A stretch of DNA of 44,897 nt from a virus (taxonomy: Duplodnaviria > Heunggongvirae > Uroviricota > Caudoviricetes): IMG/VR virus record IMGVR_UViG_2872688378_000003; one strand, 5' to 3'. Both the position numbers and the translations under genes were made by a program. Positions 9,748 through 19,483 of the stretch are shown here, piece after piece. Below the pieces are notes generated by a model, which made no database searches, was not told the DNA's origin, and saw only the letters and a list, made by a program, of their open reading frames with translations. The stretch's first letter is position 1. Each line of letters opens with the position of its first letter.

Positions 9748-9909
9748 TCCCTCTGTCGTTTTAAACGACTATACACCACTTATTCAAAGTTAGCTGAGCG
9801 CTAAAAGTTCGCAAAGTTTAGTGATCATGCAACCACCTAGCAAGCGATAAAAAATCATTATTTAGTGAATGTGAACAAACTCAACACTATGCAGAAATGT
9901 AACTTTTGG
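9748..9909 (-). promoter_or_regulatory. AT-rich untranslated region upstream of the cassette, candidate promoter
   Basis: 162 bp with no ORF, AT-rich, contains sigma70-like hexamers on the minus strand (e.g. TATAGT, TTGAAT); exact -35/-10 pairing not resolvable by eye. Confidence 0.35.
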
Positions 9910-10251
9910 TTAACCATCAACCTTTTTACACGGGAAAGATCCGATAATTTTCGGTGCATCCATGCTGTTCTGCAGCAGTTGGACGTTCAGGAATCGCGTT
10001 TCGGTACCAGGGCGACGAATGTATTCAAAGCCGTAGTTGTTACCGTCTTTGGCAGGCATAATCCCCATGTCTACTTTCAAACCATTGGTACCCAGTTCGG
10101 TGATTTTTTGAGAGGTAACTCTTTCACCGTTAATTGTCGATAACTCGCCCTGGTTTGCAACCATAGTGTAGCCACCGCATTTAACCGTGAAGCCATCCGC
10201 CCACACGCTGCACGCAGAAAAGACAGCTAACAGAAAAATGATACCCCTCAT
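9910..10251 (-). CDS. Small exported protein with N-terminal signal peptide (113 aa)
   Basis: N-terminus MRGIIFLLAVFSACSVWA is a signal peptide (possible SPase I site after VWA, or atypical lipobox FSAC); SD AAGGGGA upstream; start 3 nt after hub stop. Confidence 0.6.
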   Translation of the reverse strand: MRGIIFLLAVFSACSVWADGFTVKCGGYTMVANQGELSTINGERVTSQKITELGTNGLKVDMGIMPAKDGNNYGFEYIRRPGTETRFLNVQLLQNSMDAPKIIGSFPCKKVDG

Positions 10252-10254
10252 TGC

Positions 10255-11316
10255 TCATCCCCTTTGCAAAGCCGATTGCGTATACAGATCCGCCGCGCCA
10301 CGCGCTTCGCACATCATATCCATGTACCACGCCTGGCCCCTTGTATCGCCAGTGTACATAATCCCGCGCACAATATAAACGCCATCCGTTGCGATGCTGG
10401 CAGGTTGTGCTGTGGTGCCGCTGAGCGTGATATTTCCGTCTGTGTTCTGGTCGGTGATCTGCCCACCAGCCATCGCGATATCATTGTTCGACAGCGCAGT
10501 GCGGTACACGGAAGCCTGATCCAGCTGAATAAGCCCGTTAACCCGGATGTTCGGATTAATAAGAGCGCGGACGTTTACGCCGTTACCGATAGTCTGCTGC
10601 GGCATGCCGATAAGCCCGGTGGCGCTGTTGAGCACAATCGCGTCGTGAACATACTCGTTATTCGCCACCATCTGGCGCTGACCGTCCACAAATTGCCATG
10701 TTGCGCCACATTGTCCGGCCACGTTATCCATAAGATGCCGTGTCATGCCGAACAGCACCCGCCCTCGAGGGTATACGGTAGCAGGCATTTCAGGCGTCAG
10801 TCCTTCGGTCGCGCCTTTGGCCTCAAAGTCTTTCATCAGCGCACGGTTCACATCTGCGACTGTGTAACCGGCAGCCAGCGTCTGTGAGGTTATACTGGTG
10901 GCAAATGCCAGATCAGTATCTGCTGCCTGAATCAGGACGTAGGTATCAACCGGACTGTCTTTTCCTGTGACCGAGTAGCGAATTTCTCCGCTGAAAATCA
11001 GCCCGTAGTTGCGGCCATCACTCTGGCCCACGTCCGCCGCGTCAACTTCCCGCACAGTCCCGACGTCGCTTGCCGCCACCTCCGGCGCGATACCGTCGTA
11101 ACCGGCAATCAGCCGCACTTTCGAAAACTCCTGCCCGGTAATTCGGTTCACAGTATCTGCCGAAAGGTTATAAATTTTGATAGTCCCTACCCGGGACGCG
11201 CTGCTGATGTTGAACCAGTCGATCGTAAAGGTGACTTTGAAATCACTTAGCTCAATTCCCTTACCGTTCCCGTCCACAAGCTGCAGCTCGAAATGTCTCA
11301 TCCAGTTCTGTGACAT
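10255..11316 (-). CDS. Baseplate hub protein (Mu gp44 / P-like)
   Basis: 353-aa ORF downstream of tape measure and two small tail genes, order typical of Mu-like baseplate modules. Confidence 0.55.
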   Translation of the reverse strand: MSQNWMRHFELQLVDGNGKGIELSDFKVTFTIDWFNISSASRVGTIKIYNLSADTVNRITGQEFSKVRLIAGYDGIAPEVAASDVGTVREVDAADVGQSDGRNYGLIFSGEIRYSVTGKDSPVDTYVLIQAADTDLAFATSITSQTLAAGYTVADVNRALMKDFEAKGATEGLTPEMPATVYPRGRVLFGMTRHLMDNVAGQCGATWQFVDGQRQMVANNEYVHDAIVLNSATGLIGMPQQTIGNGVNVRALINPNIRVNGLIQLDQASVYRTALSNNDIAMAGGQITDQNTDGNITLSGTTAQPASIATDGVYIVRGIMYTGDTRGQAWYMDMMCEARGAADLYTQSALQRG

Positions 11317-11318
11317 GC

Positions 11319-11621
11319 TTACTCCGTTGATACCAGCAAATGACTGCGCCCGCCCAGGTCAGTTTTCGTGGGATAATCCTGTGTGTTGTCATCGCAGACC
11401 ACCAACAGCTTAAAACCAAGTCCCATACAGGCGTACTGCGCCAGCAGATCAGCGCCAGTGACGAGAGGAATACCGGAGATTACCGGCTCTCCTCTGTCGT
11501 TCTGCAGGTCCATAATCCAGTAAGGATCGCGCCATATGATGCTAATCCGCCAGGTGACACCACCCAGGACGATGCTGAACTGCTGGTTGTCCGCTGTCAG
11601 CGGAATTTCCTGAATTGTCAT
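11319..11621 (-). CDS. Tail/baseplate protein (100 aa)
   Basis: ORF in overlap chain between tape-measure-adjacent gene and hub. Confidence 0.5.
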   Translation of the reverse strand: MTIQEIPLTADNQQFSIVLGGVTWRISIIWRDPYWIMDLQNDRGEPVISGIPLVTGADLLAQYACMGLGFKLLVVCDDNTQDYPTKTDLGGRSHLLVSTE

Positions 11622-12208
11622 TAGCCGCCTCCCAGTAATGACGCCACGTTACCCGTGATGCTTTTCAGCAGTGAAGTATCTGGAGGCTTTGTGGTTTTGT
11701 TACCGCTATTCTGTACCGCCGACGTGCTGGCCCCTTCCTTCATGTTGGTTTTATCCGCGACGGTAATCTGCTGTGTCCGGGAGATAATGACCTCCCTCAG
11801 GGTGAGGACGGCGGACAGGACGTTTTCGGTTGTCTTGTCCGTCGTCACTTCCAGCGCCCGGATCAACATGTTGCTGTACAGCCGTTTACCGGTTACCACA
11901 TCGAAGGGGATACGGCTTTCCTGCAGATCCAGTAGCTCCTGATACGTCTGCTGAGGACTCAGGCCGAGCAGGCTGGTAGCCGTCAGATTACTGGCAAAAT
12001 CCAGCAATGCGCCGCCACCGGCGAAACCAACCTCCATCACCACTTCTGACGGTTTTTTATAGGCATGATCAGCGACAGCGGCCCCGACCTCTACCGGATG
12101 CTCTGTTATTTCAAGCATATCTGTATGCTTCTCTGAAATAACAACACTGGGAACAATCATTCCTATTTTTCTGCTCTGCTGATGAAAAAGTGTAGAGAGA
12201 ATATCCAC
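11621..12208 (-). CDS. Tail protein (DNA circulation-like position, 195 aa)
   Basis: ORF immediately downstream of tape measure with overlapping stop/start. Confidence 0.5.
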   Translation of the reverse strand: MDILSTLFHQQSRKIGMIVPSVVISEKHTDMLEITEHPVEVGAAVADHAYKKPSEVVMEVGFAGGGALLDFASNLTATSLLGLSPQQTYQELLDLQESRIPFDVVTGKRLYSNMLIRALEVTTDKTTENVLSAVLTLREVIISRTQQITVADKTNMKEGASTSAVQNSGNKTTKPPDTSLLKSITGNVASLLGGG

Positions 12209-14217
12209 TAACCCACCCTCACCTGATTACTTCGCATGACCTGAGCATTTGCAGACTGTTGCCGACGTGCAACCTCATTACCGACAGCGTGCGGATCTCC
12301 GCCACCGTAAATGTGGTAAGTATTTTGCTGGTTAACCTCTGTCATTTTGCCACTAATTCCCGCCACGGCAGCCTTATTAATCAGCTCTCGAGAATAGATA
12401 TTTCTTCCATTCTCATGCTGGATAATGCTGCTCATCAATGCTGACATGGTTTGCGGATCGCTCATATTCAGGGCAGCCCGGGGATCCACTCCCAGTCGTT
12501 GCGATACAGCCCTGATATACGCAGTTGTGTTGTTATTATCAGACGCAGGTGCCCAGGTAGAGATAATTTTCTCCACACTGTTTATTCCCCGTCCTGCGTA
12601 CAGCATTAACTGACGAGCAAGAGCCCGTAATCCATCAAAAGCAGTTTCAAATCTGGCAAATCGCCCGCCCGGGCGTTCAAGAGAAGCCCCTGCCTGACCA
12701 GCAAAATTAAGGTTTCCCGGATTGTTATTCCGTTCTCCTCGTTTCGTAGCCTGTGCATATTGTTCCGGCTCATCATCACCAAACCAGCCGCGTACCGTCC
12801 GGCCCACACTGCGGGGATCGAATCCCCAGTGCTCTTTAATCCAGTCGGCAGTACTGTTAGCGCTGTCTGTAACCATCGGCATCGCTGACGGATTTTCGCT
12901 GCCCTGATTAAGTATCTGTTTGCCGATGATGACGGCATCAGCCCAGCGGCCATCTTTGATAGCGTTGAGCAGGTCGGCGATCATGTTCAGCATTTTGCTG
13001 AATTCGCCCATCTGGTCGATGAAGTTGCTGAAATCCCACTTCAGGGACCATGATTTGGGGTCAATATTGAGCAGTTTCGCCAGCGCTTTCGCCAGTTCAT
13101 TAACAGACCCTTTCAGGTCACGAACCATCTTCAGCGCGGCATCGACCTCCGGCTTCCACTTGCCCCAGTCAATCAGGCTGTCGCCGCCTTCCTTCCAGGT
13201 CTGATAGTCCTCCCACAGAAGGGCAATCCCCGCCGCCAGCGCGGTAATGAGGCCAATCGGCGACATCCAGAACGTACTGTTCAGAATGCGCAGCGCAATC
13301 GTCAGCGCGCCAAACAGCGAGATGAGCTCCCGCGTTTGCTTATCCAGCGATTGCCACCAGGTGATAAGGCTGGATGTTCCCTCAATTAGCCTGAAGAACA
13401 GCCGCCCGATGATGTCTCCGATCGCCAGAATGCCTTTTATGGCTTTCGTCAGGGTCTGCTCGATGCGCGGGAAGTTATCGAGGATGTGGCGGCGCAGTGT
13501 GTCCAGCGAACCCGCCAGACCACCAGCAAGATTAGAGCCGATTTTGTCACGGGCCATGCCTGCCATCGCGCCGAACTCGCGCAGGGAGGTCATGAATTTG
13601 TTGGAGCTTCTGGCCGCCTCGTCAGCATTGAAGCCGATAGCTTTCGCCATTGCGCTGTACTGCCCGGAGAAATCACCCACACCCCGGCGCATCGCCATAA
13701 GGGTATTTTCGTCAATGCCTAGCATCTGCGCATACTGGTTAGCCCGGTAATACGGCATGCCGCTGAGCTTCTGGCCTACACCTGTAAAAATAGCGGCCAT
13801 GTCACGCATGTTACCGCTGGCATCCCGTGTCTGTACCCCCAGGCGATTCAGGAATCCTTCCGCGCCGGGATTGTTACGAACAAACCGGGAGAGGCTTTCC
13901 AGAGAGGTTCGCGCCGCGTCCACGCTGCCGCCAACCTGCGAAACCGCATAGCCAATAGACTGAATTCCCTGGACTGTCGCGCCGGTGCGCTGTGACGCCC
14001 GGTAAAGATTATCCAGGCCGGAGGCGATCTTAGCCGTGAAGGCCACCACGGACAGCGCAGCTCCTTCAACGGCCAGTCCCATTTTGATGGCATTTGCAGT
14101 TGTACCGGCGAGGACAGAACCGAACTTTTTCGCTCCTGCATCATCCACACTGAAGCCAAGCGAGACGAGGAAATCTTTAATAGTTTCAGCGTTCATTATC
14201 CTCTCTCCATTTCTCAA
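12208..14217 (-). CDS. Tail tape measure protein
   Basis: Long ORF after tail chaperone; likely true start ATG at 14196 (MNAETIKDFL...) with SD GGAGAGAGG; ORF track start at 14217 is TTG. Confidence 0.8.
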   Translation of the reverse strand: MRNGERIMNAETIKDFLVSLGFSVDDAGAKKFGSVLAGTTANAIKMGLAVEGAALSVVAFTAKIASGLDNLYRASQRTGATVQGIQSIGYAVSQVGGSVDAARTSLESLSRFVRNNPGAEGFLNRLGVQTRDASGNMRDMAAIFTGVGQKLSGMPYYRANQYAQMLGIDENTLMAMRRGVGDFSGQYSAMAKAIGFNADEAARSSNKFMTSLREFGAMAGMARDKIGSNLAGGLAGSLDTLRRHILDNFPRIEQTLTKAIKGILAIGDIIGRLFFRLIEGTSSLITWWQSLDKQTRELISLFGALTIALRILNSTFWMSPIGLITALAAGIALLWEDYQTWKEGGDSLIDWGKWKPEVDAALKMVRDLKGSVNELAKALAKLLNIDPKSWSLKWDFSNFIDQMGEFSKMLNMIADLLNAIKDGRWADAVIIGKQILNQGSENPSAMPMVTDSANSTADWIKEHWGFDPRSVGRTVRGWFGDDEPEQYAQATKRGERNNNPGNLNFAGQAGASLERPGGRFARFETAFDGLRALARQLMLYAGRGINSVEKIISTWAPASDNNNTTAYIRAVSQRLGVDPRAALNMSDPQTMSALMSSIIQHENGRNIYSRELINKAAVAGISGKMTEVNQQNTYHIYGGGDPHAVGNEVARRQQSANAQVMRSNQVRVG

Positions 14218-14826
14218 TGCGCCGCTGGTTATCCGCTTTTACCGCCAGATGGTCATTCAAGAGAGCAATGTCGTACAAATCGACAGAGCCATCTTTAAGT
14301 GCTGTATAAGGAATTAACCCGGCGTCAACCGGATTGAGAAGGTAAGACAGCCCGTCCGGCAGGCTGTTAAACGTCAGCCCTGTTGCAGGCTCTGCGTCGT
14401 GCTGGTAAGGGGTGTAGGCAAAAAATTTCCCAGCGAATCGGCGACCACCCGCGCCACCAGATGCAGCATGACCAGCAAGTCAATATCATCAAACATCAGT
14501 TCGCCCTGGGTAAATACCGGAACCCATCCGTCCATATGACGCCGCGATACCACCGCAAGACAGGGATGAATAATCGCACTGGTGTCATCTTCGGTCAGGG
14601 AAGACAGTTCCTCAGCGATACGCGGGAGCATGGTTTCAAACACCGGTTTTAACTGCTCGAATTTCACGGTGTCGATTTTGCCATCAGCAGGCAAACGGGA
14701 GCGAATGCTCCCGAAATCTGACATCATTCCTGCCAGCACAGGCAGAAGTTTGCGGGTCACTTTCAGCTGATCAAAAACGCTGAGTTTTGCCGCGCGATAT
14801 TTCACGCCTTTGATTTCGAATTCCAT
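14186..14826 (-). CDS. Tail assembly chaperone, predicted -1 frameshift-extended product (GT-like)
   Basis: Minus-strand heptamer T_TTT_TTG (plus coords 14419-14425) near chaperone 3' end; the -1 frame is open from there to TGA at 14186-14188, filling the otherwise ORF-free 14218-14373 gap and overlapping the tape measure start. Confidence 0.5.
14374..14826 (-). CDS. Tail assembly chaperone (G-like)
   Basis: 150-aa ORF between tail tube and tape measure. Confidence 0.65.
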   Translation of the reverse strand: MEFEIKGVKYRAAKLSVFDQLKVTRKLLPVLAGMMSDFGSIRSRLPADGKIDTVKFEQLKPVFETMLPRIAEELSSLTEDDTSAIIHPCLAVVSRRHMDGWVPVFTQGELMFDDIDLLVMLHLVARVVADSLGNFLPTPLTSTTQSLQQG

Positions 14827-14829
14827 GTA

Positions 14830-15270
14830 TTAAAACTCCCCGAGAACCTGGTCAATCTTGCCGCAGTCAAACACCCACGGCATCGTATTACCGGTTTTAG
14901 CGTTGGCATTATCCGGTTGTTTCTGGAACGCAACACTACGTGCCGTGATGATGTCGCCGCTGACCTTGTTTCGGATCACAATAACGTTATTCCCCCATGT
15001 GGCAGAAGACTGGCTCTGTGCGTTATACGCCAGCGACAATTTTTTATTTGTCGGTGATGTCTTCAGAAGGTTAACGGTAATCGTCCCGCTTTTATCTGCA
15101 TGGAGACTGTGCATCACTTCGCCATCAGCACCGATGGTCATGGTGTTTTTAGGGCCGCCCATCGCAACCACAATCCCCTCTTCAGAACTTGCAGAACCGT
15201 ACCCGAGGTCAATCGAACCGGTCGGCCCGGTCAGCGTCGCAGTGACATCCATAAAAGAATAGGTAGACAT
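14830..15270 (-). CDS. Tail tube protein
   Basis: 146-aa ORF directly downstream of sheath gene. Confidence 0.65.
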   Translation of the reverse strand: MSTYSFMDVTATLTGPTGSIDLGYGSASSEEGIVVAMGGPKNTMTIGADGEVMHSLHADKSGTITVNLLKTSPTNKKLSLAYNAQSQSSATWGNNVIVIRNKVSGDIITARSVAFQKQPDNANAKTGNTMPWVFDCGKIDQVLGEF

Positions 15271-15280
15271 TCACTTCCCC

Positions 15281-16426
15281 TTAGCGAACAACGTTAATCT
15301 GTACGTCAGCGTAATGAACCGCGCCTGCAAGTTTTATTGCAGCCTGAATCACCGGAGCCTTACGGGCTTCACGTTCTGATTGTGCCTGTTCATCCAGCGG
15401 CTGGGCGTATACGTAATAACCTTTGGGCAGCGTGTCACCTGATGACAACTGGCCAAGGTCGCCCCCGTTCCATACGCCCGGAGCAATCAGTCCATTCTGA
15501 ACGGCCTGATCCAGTGATTTTTCAACATTTGATAACAGTCGGGTAATACCGGCTTCAGTCTGGGGAACTTTCGTGGAGCTGGTATAAAGCAGGTTATAGA
15601 GGTTGGTCTGCACATAATTCTGTAACCAGTCCAGGCCGTGGCGTTCATCAAAGAAATCGCCGTTAGCCATCACTCCCTGCTGGAGGATAGCTGTATCATT
15701 CTGGTAGTACACGAACACATTGCAGTTTTTTGCATCAAGTGCCGATGCCTGGCTGACTGTCAGTGTTTCATACCCGACACCCGGCTCCTGCTTAAACTTG
15801 AGCGTAATCGCGGTATTACTGCCATTGAAATTAACCGTGAATGCCCGGCCAAATGCAGATAACGCAGCGTATTTATTACCCGATGAATACTGAATAAAAC
15901 TGCGTGAATATCCGGCGGTTTTCAGTTTTGATGCCAAATCATCGCTGGATGCAGTCTGCAGGCATTTCTCATCGCTTGTCGTAATCGCCAGAATACGGCT
16001 TACAGAAGAGGATTCGATCGCCGCAGCCACTTTCAGCCAGTCTGCATCCGGAATATCTTCATCGTCTGCAATCCCCAGCCCATACCATGAAGTATAATCG
16101 AGCATGGCATTCACAGCCTGCTCCAGCGTCTCAGTCGTGGCCTGTTCGCTGTCTCCCTTCGTTTTCACCCAACGACCAACAAAAACCTCCTGAGGTTTCG
16201 GTGATTGTGAGAAAAACACCTGCGCAGCCTTATATTCTGGTGATTCCACGCCAAAATCTTTTCCAATATCTTCCGCGGCAGAATAACGACGAATGCGCTC
16301 ACTTACCGGAATGATTGTGGACGGGCCGAGAATGAGTAATGCACCAAAATTTCGCCCTGATGCTGCACGCGGCGACATGATCACATCAACATTAACAACG
16401 TTTGATACAGGCAAGCCCTGTGCCAT
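15281..16426 (-). CDS. Tail sheath protein
   Basis: 381-aa ORF preceding tube gene; contractile-tail gene order. Confidence 0.7.
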   Translation of the reverse strand: MAQGLPVSNVVNVDVIMSPRAASGRNFGALLILGPSTIIPVSERIRRYSAAEDIGKDFGVESPEYKAAQVFFSQSPKPQEVFVGRWVKTKGDSEQATTETLEQAVNAMLDYTSWYGLGIADDEDIPDADWLKVAAAIESSSVSRILAITTSDEKCLQTASSDDLASKLKTAGYSRSFIQYSSGNKYAALSAFGRAFTVNFNGSNTAITLKFKQEPGVGYETLTVSQASALDAKNCNVFVYYQNDTAILQQGVMANGDFFDERHGLDWLQNYVQTNLYNLLYTSSTKVPQTEAGITRLLSNVEKSLDQAVQNGLIAPGVWNGGDLGQLSSGDTLPKGYYVYAQPLDEQAQSEREARKAPVIQAAIKLAGAVHYADVQINVVR

Positions 16427-16429
16427 AGC

Positions 16430-16996
16430 TTAATCTCCGAAAAAGATGACTGGTGCTTCCACCAGCGATTTAATACCGTACTCGCGCACAACCTTCCGGC
16501 GCAGACGCACCGTCATATCGTAGCGGCGGACCCATTGCTGATTAATAAGTTCAGGGAAGGGAGTCAGACCTGTGTAATCGCCAAGAGACAGCCCCAGCGC
16601 ATTCAGTGCTGCATTGTTCTGCGGCACAGATATACCGTCACGAAACCGGGACGCATACACCATCCCCGCCGGTCCATAAAACGAAGCCATACACTCAATC
16701 GTTTCATGCCGCCAGAGCTGAGAGCCATCATCGGTCTGTCTGGTGAATGCCGGACTGTCATCACCTGACCATCCGATAACCCCAAACGCACACCAGTTCG
16801 TTTCAACCGGTAGCAGTGGCGGCTGCTCTTTCTGCCAGCGCGGGCGAACCATCCCGGCAGACAGACCGGAAACGTTACGCATCCACTGGCTTAACAGCCT
16901 GTCGAGCGCTTCGTCATAATCCGGATCGCCACTGGTTGGTATTAACCATCCGCGCTCTGTACTGGTGTTATTGCTCAACCGGAGTTCCCCCATCAA
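16430..16996 (-). CDS. Tail completion / neck protein (188 aa)
   Basis: ORF in head-tail joining block by position. Confidence 0.45.
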   Translation of the reverse strand: MMGELRLSNNTSTERGWLIPTSGDPDYDEALDRLLSQWMRNVSGLSAGMVRPRWQKEQPPLLPVETNWCAFGVIGWSGDDSPAFTRQTDDGSQLWRHETIECMASFYGPAGMVYASRFRDGISVPQNNAALNALGLSLGDYTGLTPFPELINQQWVRRYDMTVRLRRKVVREYGIKSLVEAPVIFFGD

Positions 16997-17357
16997 ACGG
17001 CATCAACTCACAATGCGCCTGAACGAATCCGGCCCCATAAGCTGTATACGGGTCGACGAAGGTCACACGATAATCACGGCCCTGATACGTCACGATATCG
17101 GCATCACGGCCAGTCTGTCCCTGCGTCAGTCGCTCAGTCGTCACAATCAGAATTGCACCACTGATTACCTGCCCTGCCTGCATACGGCGGTTTTCCAGAG
17201 AGCGATCAACAGTTACGACTCCGGCAAACTGCTTTTTAACTTTACTGTCGCTGCCGATCCCGTCCTCATCCACCGTTTGCACTCGGCGTGTTACCCACAA
17301 ATTGAAGTCGCAAAAATCGGGGTCAAAAAGCACGTCTGTTACATCAAGAGTAGGCAT
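16968..17357 (-). CDS. Head-tail joining protein (129 aa)
   Basis: ORF by position. Confidence 0.45.
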   Translation of the reverse strand: MPTLDVTDVLFDPDFCDFNLWVTRRVQTVDEDGIGSDSKVKKQFAGVVTVDRSLENRRMQAGQVISGAILIVTTERLTQGQTGRDADIVTYQGRDYRVTFVDPYTAYGAGFVQAHCELMPFDGGTPVEQ

Positions 17358-17898
17358 CTTTATCCCTCACAACATGGGTAATGGCTCTGCGATATTGCCC
17401 GGTGTCGATTAGCGGTTTCACCAGATCGGTTCCGGGGGACTCGCCAGCAGCGCGTCGGGCAAGCTCCGCTTTCGCCCCTTTACGCCCTCGACGCGCGCGG
17501 GCTTCAACGGTGCTATCAGCAAGCGGTGTAAAGCCGGTAATAGTCATGTAACGCCTGACGCCATTAGCGGCCAGCGTTCCGGCGCGGTTGAGCGCTCTTT
17601 CCGCCCCCGCCGCATTTCCATCAAGCGCAGCCTGCGCCGCTGTTTTGAGCTGCGGCAACGTCTGTTCCTCTACCGATTTAACGCCGGGGATCAGGTGTGG
17701 GCGTGGGGGGATGTTTTGCGCTGGCGAACCGTATTCGTTGAGGTAACCGATCCCGGCATTACCAAACGGAACATCCTCACGCTCGCTGTCTGCTTCCGGG
17801 ATACCCACCAGCACTTCTTTTTTACTGATGGATTTGAGCGCATCCAGAATGGCCTGAGCGTTATCCACCCTCGTTGTTACACCGCTTTTGAAGCTCAT
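17344..17898 (-). CDS. Head-tail connector/adaptor protein (184 aa)
   Basis: ORF by position. Confidence 0.45.
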   Translation of the reverse strand: MSFKSGVTTRVDNAQAILDALKSISKKEVLVGIPEADSEREDVPFGNAGIGYLNEYGSPAQNIPPRPHLIPGVKSVEEQTLPQLKTAAQAALDGNAAGAERALNRAGTLAANGVRRYMTITGFTPLADSTVEARARRGRKGAKAELARRAAGESPGTDLVKPLIDTGQYRRAITHVVRDKDAYS

Positions 17899-18302
17899 AG
17901 CTGGCGACCGCCCGCACCGAACATCGTGATCAGCTGATAAAATTCAGCGCCATATCGGGTGTTATTCCAGAAACCTGCATCAGGATTCAGCGTCGCGCTG
18001 GTGTCATAACTGACGCTTACCTTATCCACGGACTTTGAGGACTGAACACCATTGGTTGAACCGCCCGGCCCGCCAGCCAGCATCGCCCGGCTGTCTGCCG
18101 CCCAGAGCGTCATGTAGTGTGCAACGAACAATCCGGCAAAGTACGGAAACAACTTTTTTCCGGTGACGTTTTCGCTCAGCAGCACATCGGCCAGGTTCAG
18201 ACGAAACTGGATTTGCGCTTCGGGATATTTGGCAGGGTCAGCAAACTGCGGGAAGTCGCGGCGAAAATCACTTACCGCTGGCAGACTTTGATTCTTTGGC
18301 AT
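17895..18302 (-). CDS. Head completion protein (135 aa)
   Basis: ORF by position downstream of capsid gene. Confidence 0.45.
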   Translation of the reverse strand: MPKNQSLPAVSDFRRDFPQFADPAKYPEAQIQFRLNLADVLLSENVTGKKLFPYFAGLFVAHYMTLWAADSRAMLAGGPGGSTNGVQSSKSVDKVSVSYDTSATLNPDAGFWNNTRYGAEFYQLITMFGAGGRQL

Positions 18303-18489
18303 TTTTTACCTCGTTACGCGCGTCTGTGGCTTTGCCAACGGATACTTCCGCGTGCGCACGAGTGAACCAGTGCGTGGCAACGTCTTCCTCCACAGCATGA
18401 CGGCCTTTAACAAACTCGCGCCGTGAACCGTCGGGAAGCGTGAGCACAAACGGGGTATGTACGTGTATTACTGCATTATTTTTTGCCAT
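18268..18489 (-). CDS. Small head-associated hypothetical protein (73 aa)
   Basis: Short ORF between capsid and head completion genes. Confidence 0.35.
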   Translation of the reverse strand: MAKNNAVIHVHTPFVLTLPDGSRREFVKGRHAVEEDVATHWFTRAHAEVSVGKATDARNEVKNAKESKSASGK

Positions 18490-18530
18490 CTGGTCATCCT
18501 TAATGGCCCCGCCAGGGGGCCATATGGCTG

Positions 18531-19472
18531 TTAAATGCCATCAACGTACGAAATGGTTTCTTTGTACACTGGCTCGACTGCACCCAGCTTGCCGTAGTAA
18601 GTGACGATCTGATACAGACCGCGATACTGCACCGGCACGCTCTGAAGCGGAACCAGCGGGTAGCGGACGTATTTTTTATCGTTGGTGTACGCAACCATGC
18701 GATCCTTTTTCCCCACACCACGGCCTTTCAGCCATTTAACCGCGCGGATATTCAGCGGAACACCGTTCTGGTGATAGCTGATGGTGTTGGTCTGAAGGTA
18801 CGTCAACAGGGACTGGTTACCCGCAGATGAAACGATGATGCTGGACAACAGAGCAAACTGCTCAGGTGGGATCAGCAAATCACTCGGAACCACAGAGTAA
18901 CCGGAAGCGGCCCACGCATCAGACAGCACCTGGTTAATGCTTGCGCGGATTTCGTCCGGTGTTGAGGTTGCCCACGTTTTGGCAGCGTTGTTGACAGGAA
19001 CACCGTTCAGGGTAACAAGGCCTTTCAGGTTTAATGCTGAATCGCCAACATATACCTGTTCATCGTTATCCATCTGCCATTTCAGTTGCATCCCGTCATA
19101 CTTCTGCGTATCAATCGGGCGTCCGACCTGCTGAGCAGCCTGCAATTCTATGACCGTCCAGCCAAGTTCCATCCCCCACAGGTTCAGCGGGTTACCGGAT
19201 TTGCCGATATCCACGTTCACGCCAGCAATAGCGGTTGAGTCTTTGCCTACCCAGTTTTTGCCATTCGGATTTGCGCCAGTACCCGCAGCGGCGAAGCTGG
19301 TATTCGTCCAGCTGGAAATGTCATCTGCGATGGAGACATCTTCACGCAGTTGGATATCGCGGGTCCAGGTGTACCCCACCAGTGGCAGGTTCAGCGTCTG
19401 GTCTAGTCGTTCCAGCTCCCCGATGAGAAAGGCACCAGAGCTGTCAACGGTTGCCTGATCAAAAGTAATCAT
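18531..19472 (-). CDS. Major capsid protein
   Basis: 313-aa ORF downstream of protease/scaffold and decoration-like gene. Confidence 0.65.
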   Translation of the reverse strand: MITFDQATVDSSGAFLIGELERLDQTLNLPLVGYTWTRDIQLREDVSIADDISSWTNTSFAAAGTGANPNGKNWVGKDSTAIAGVNVDIGKSGNPLNLWGMELGWTVIELQAAQQVGRPIDTQKYDGMQLKWQMDNDEQVYVGDSALNLKGLVTLNGVPVNNAAKTWATSTPDEIRASINQVLSDAWAASGYSVVPSDLLIPPEQFALLSSIIVSSAGNQSLLTYLQTNTISYHQNGVPLNIRAVKWLKGRGVGKKDRMVAYTNDKKYVRYPLVPLQSVPVQYRGLYQIVTYYGKLGAVEPVYKETISYVDGI

Positions 19473-19483
19473 TCGTCTGTTCC

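Noticed and set aside
13247-13750. 167-aa plus-strand ORF inside the tape measure gene
   Set aside because: Antisense shadow ORF in a GC-rich coding region.
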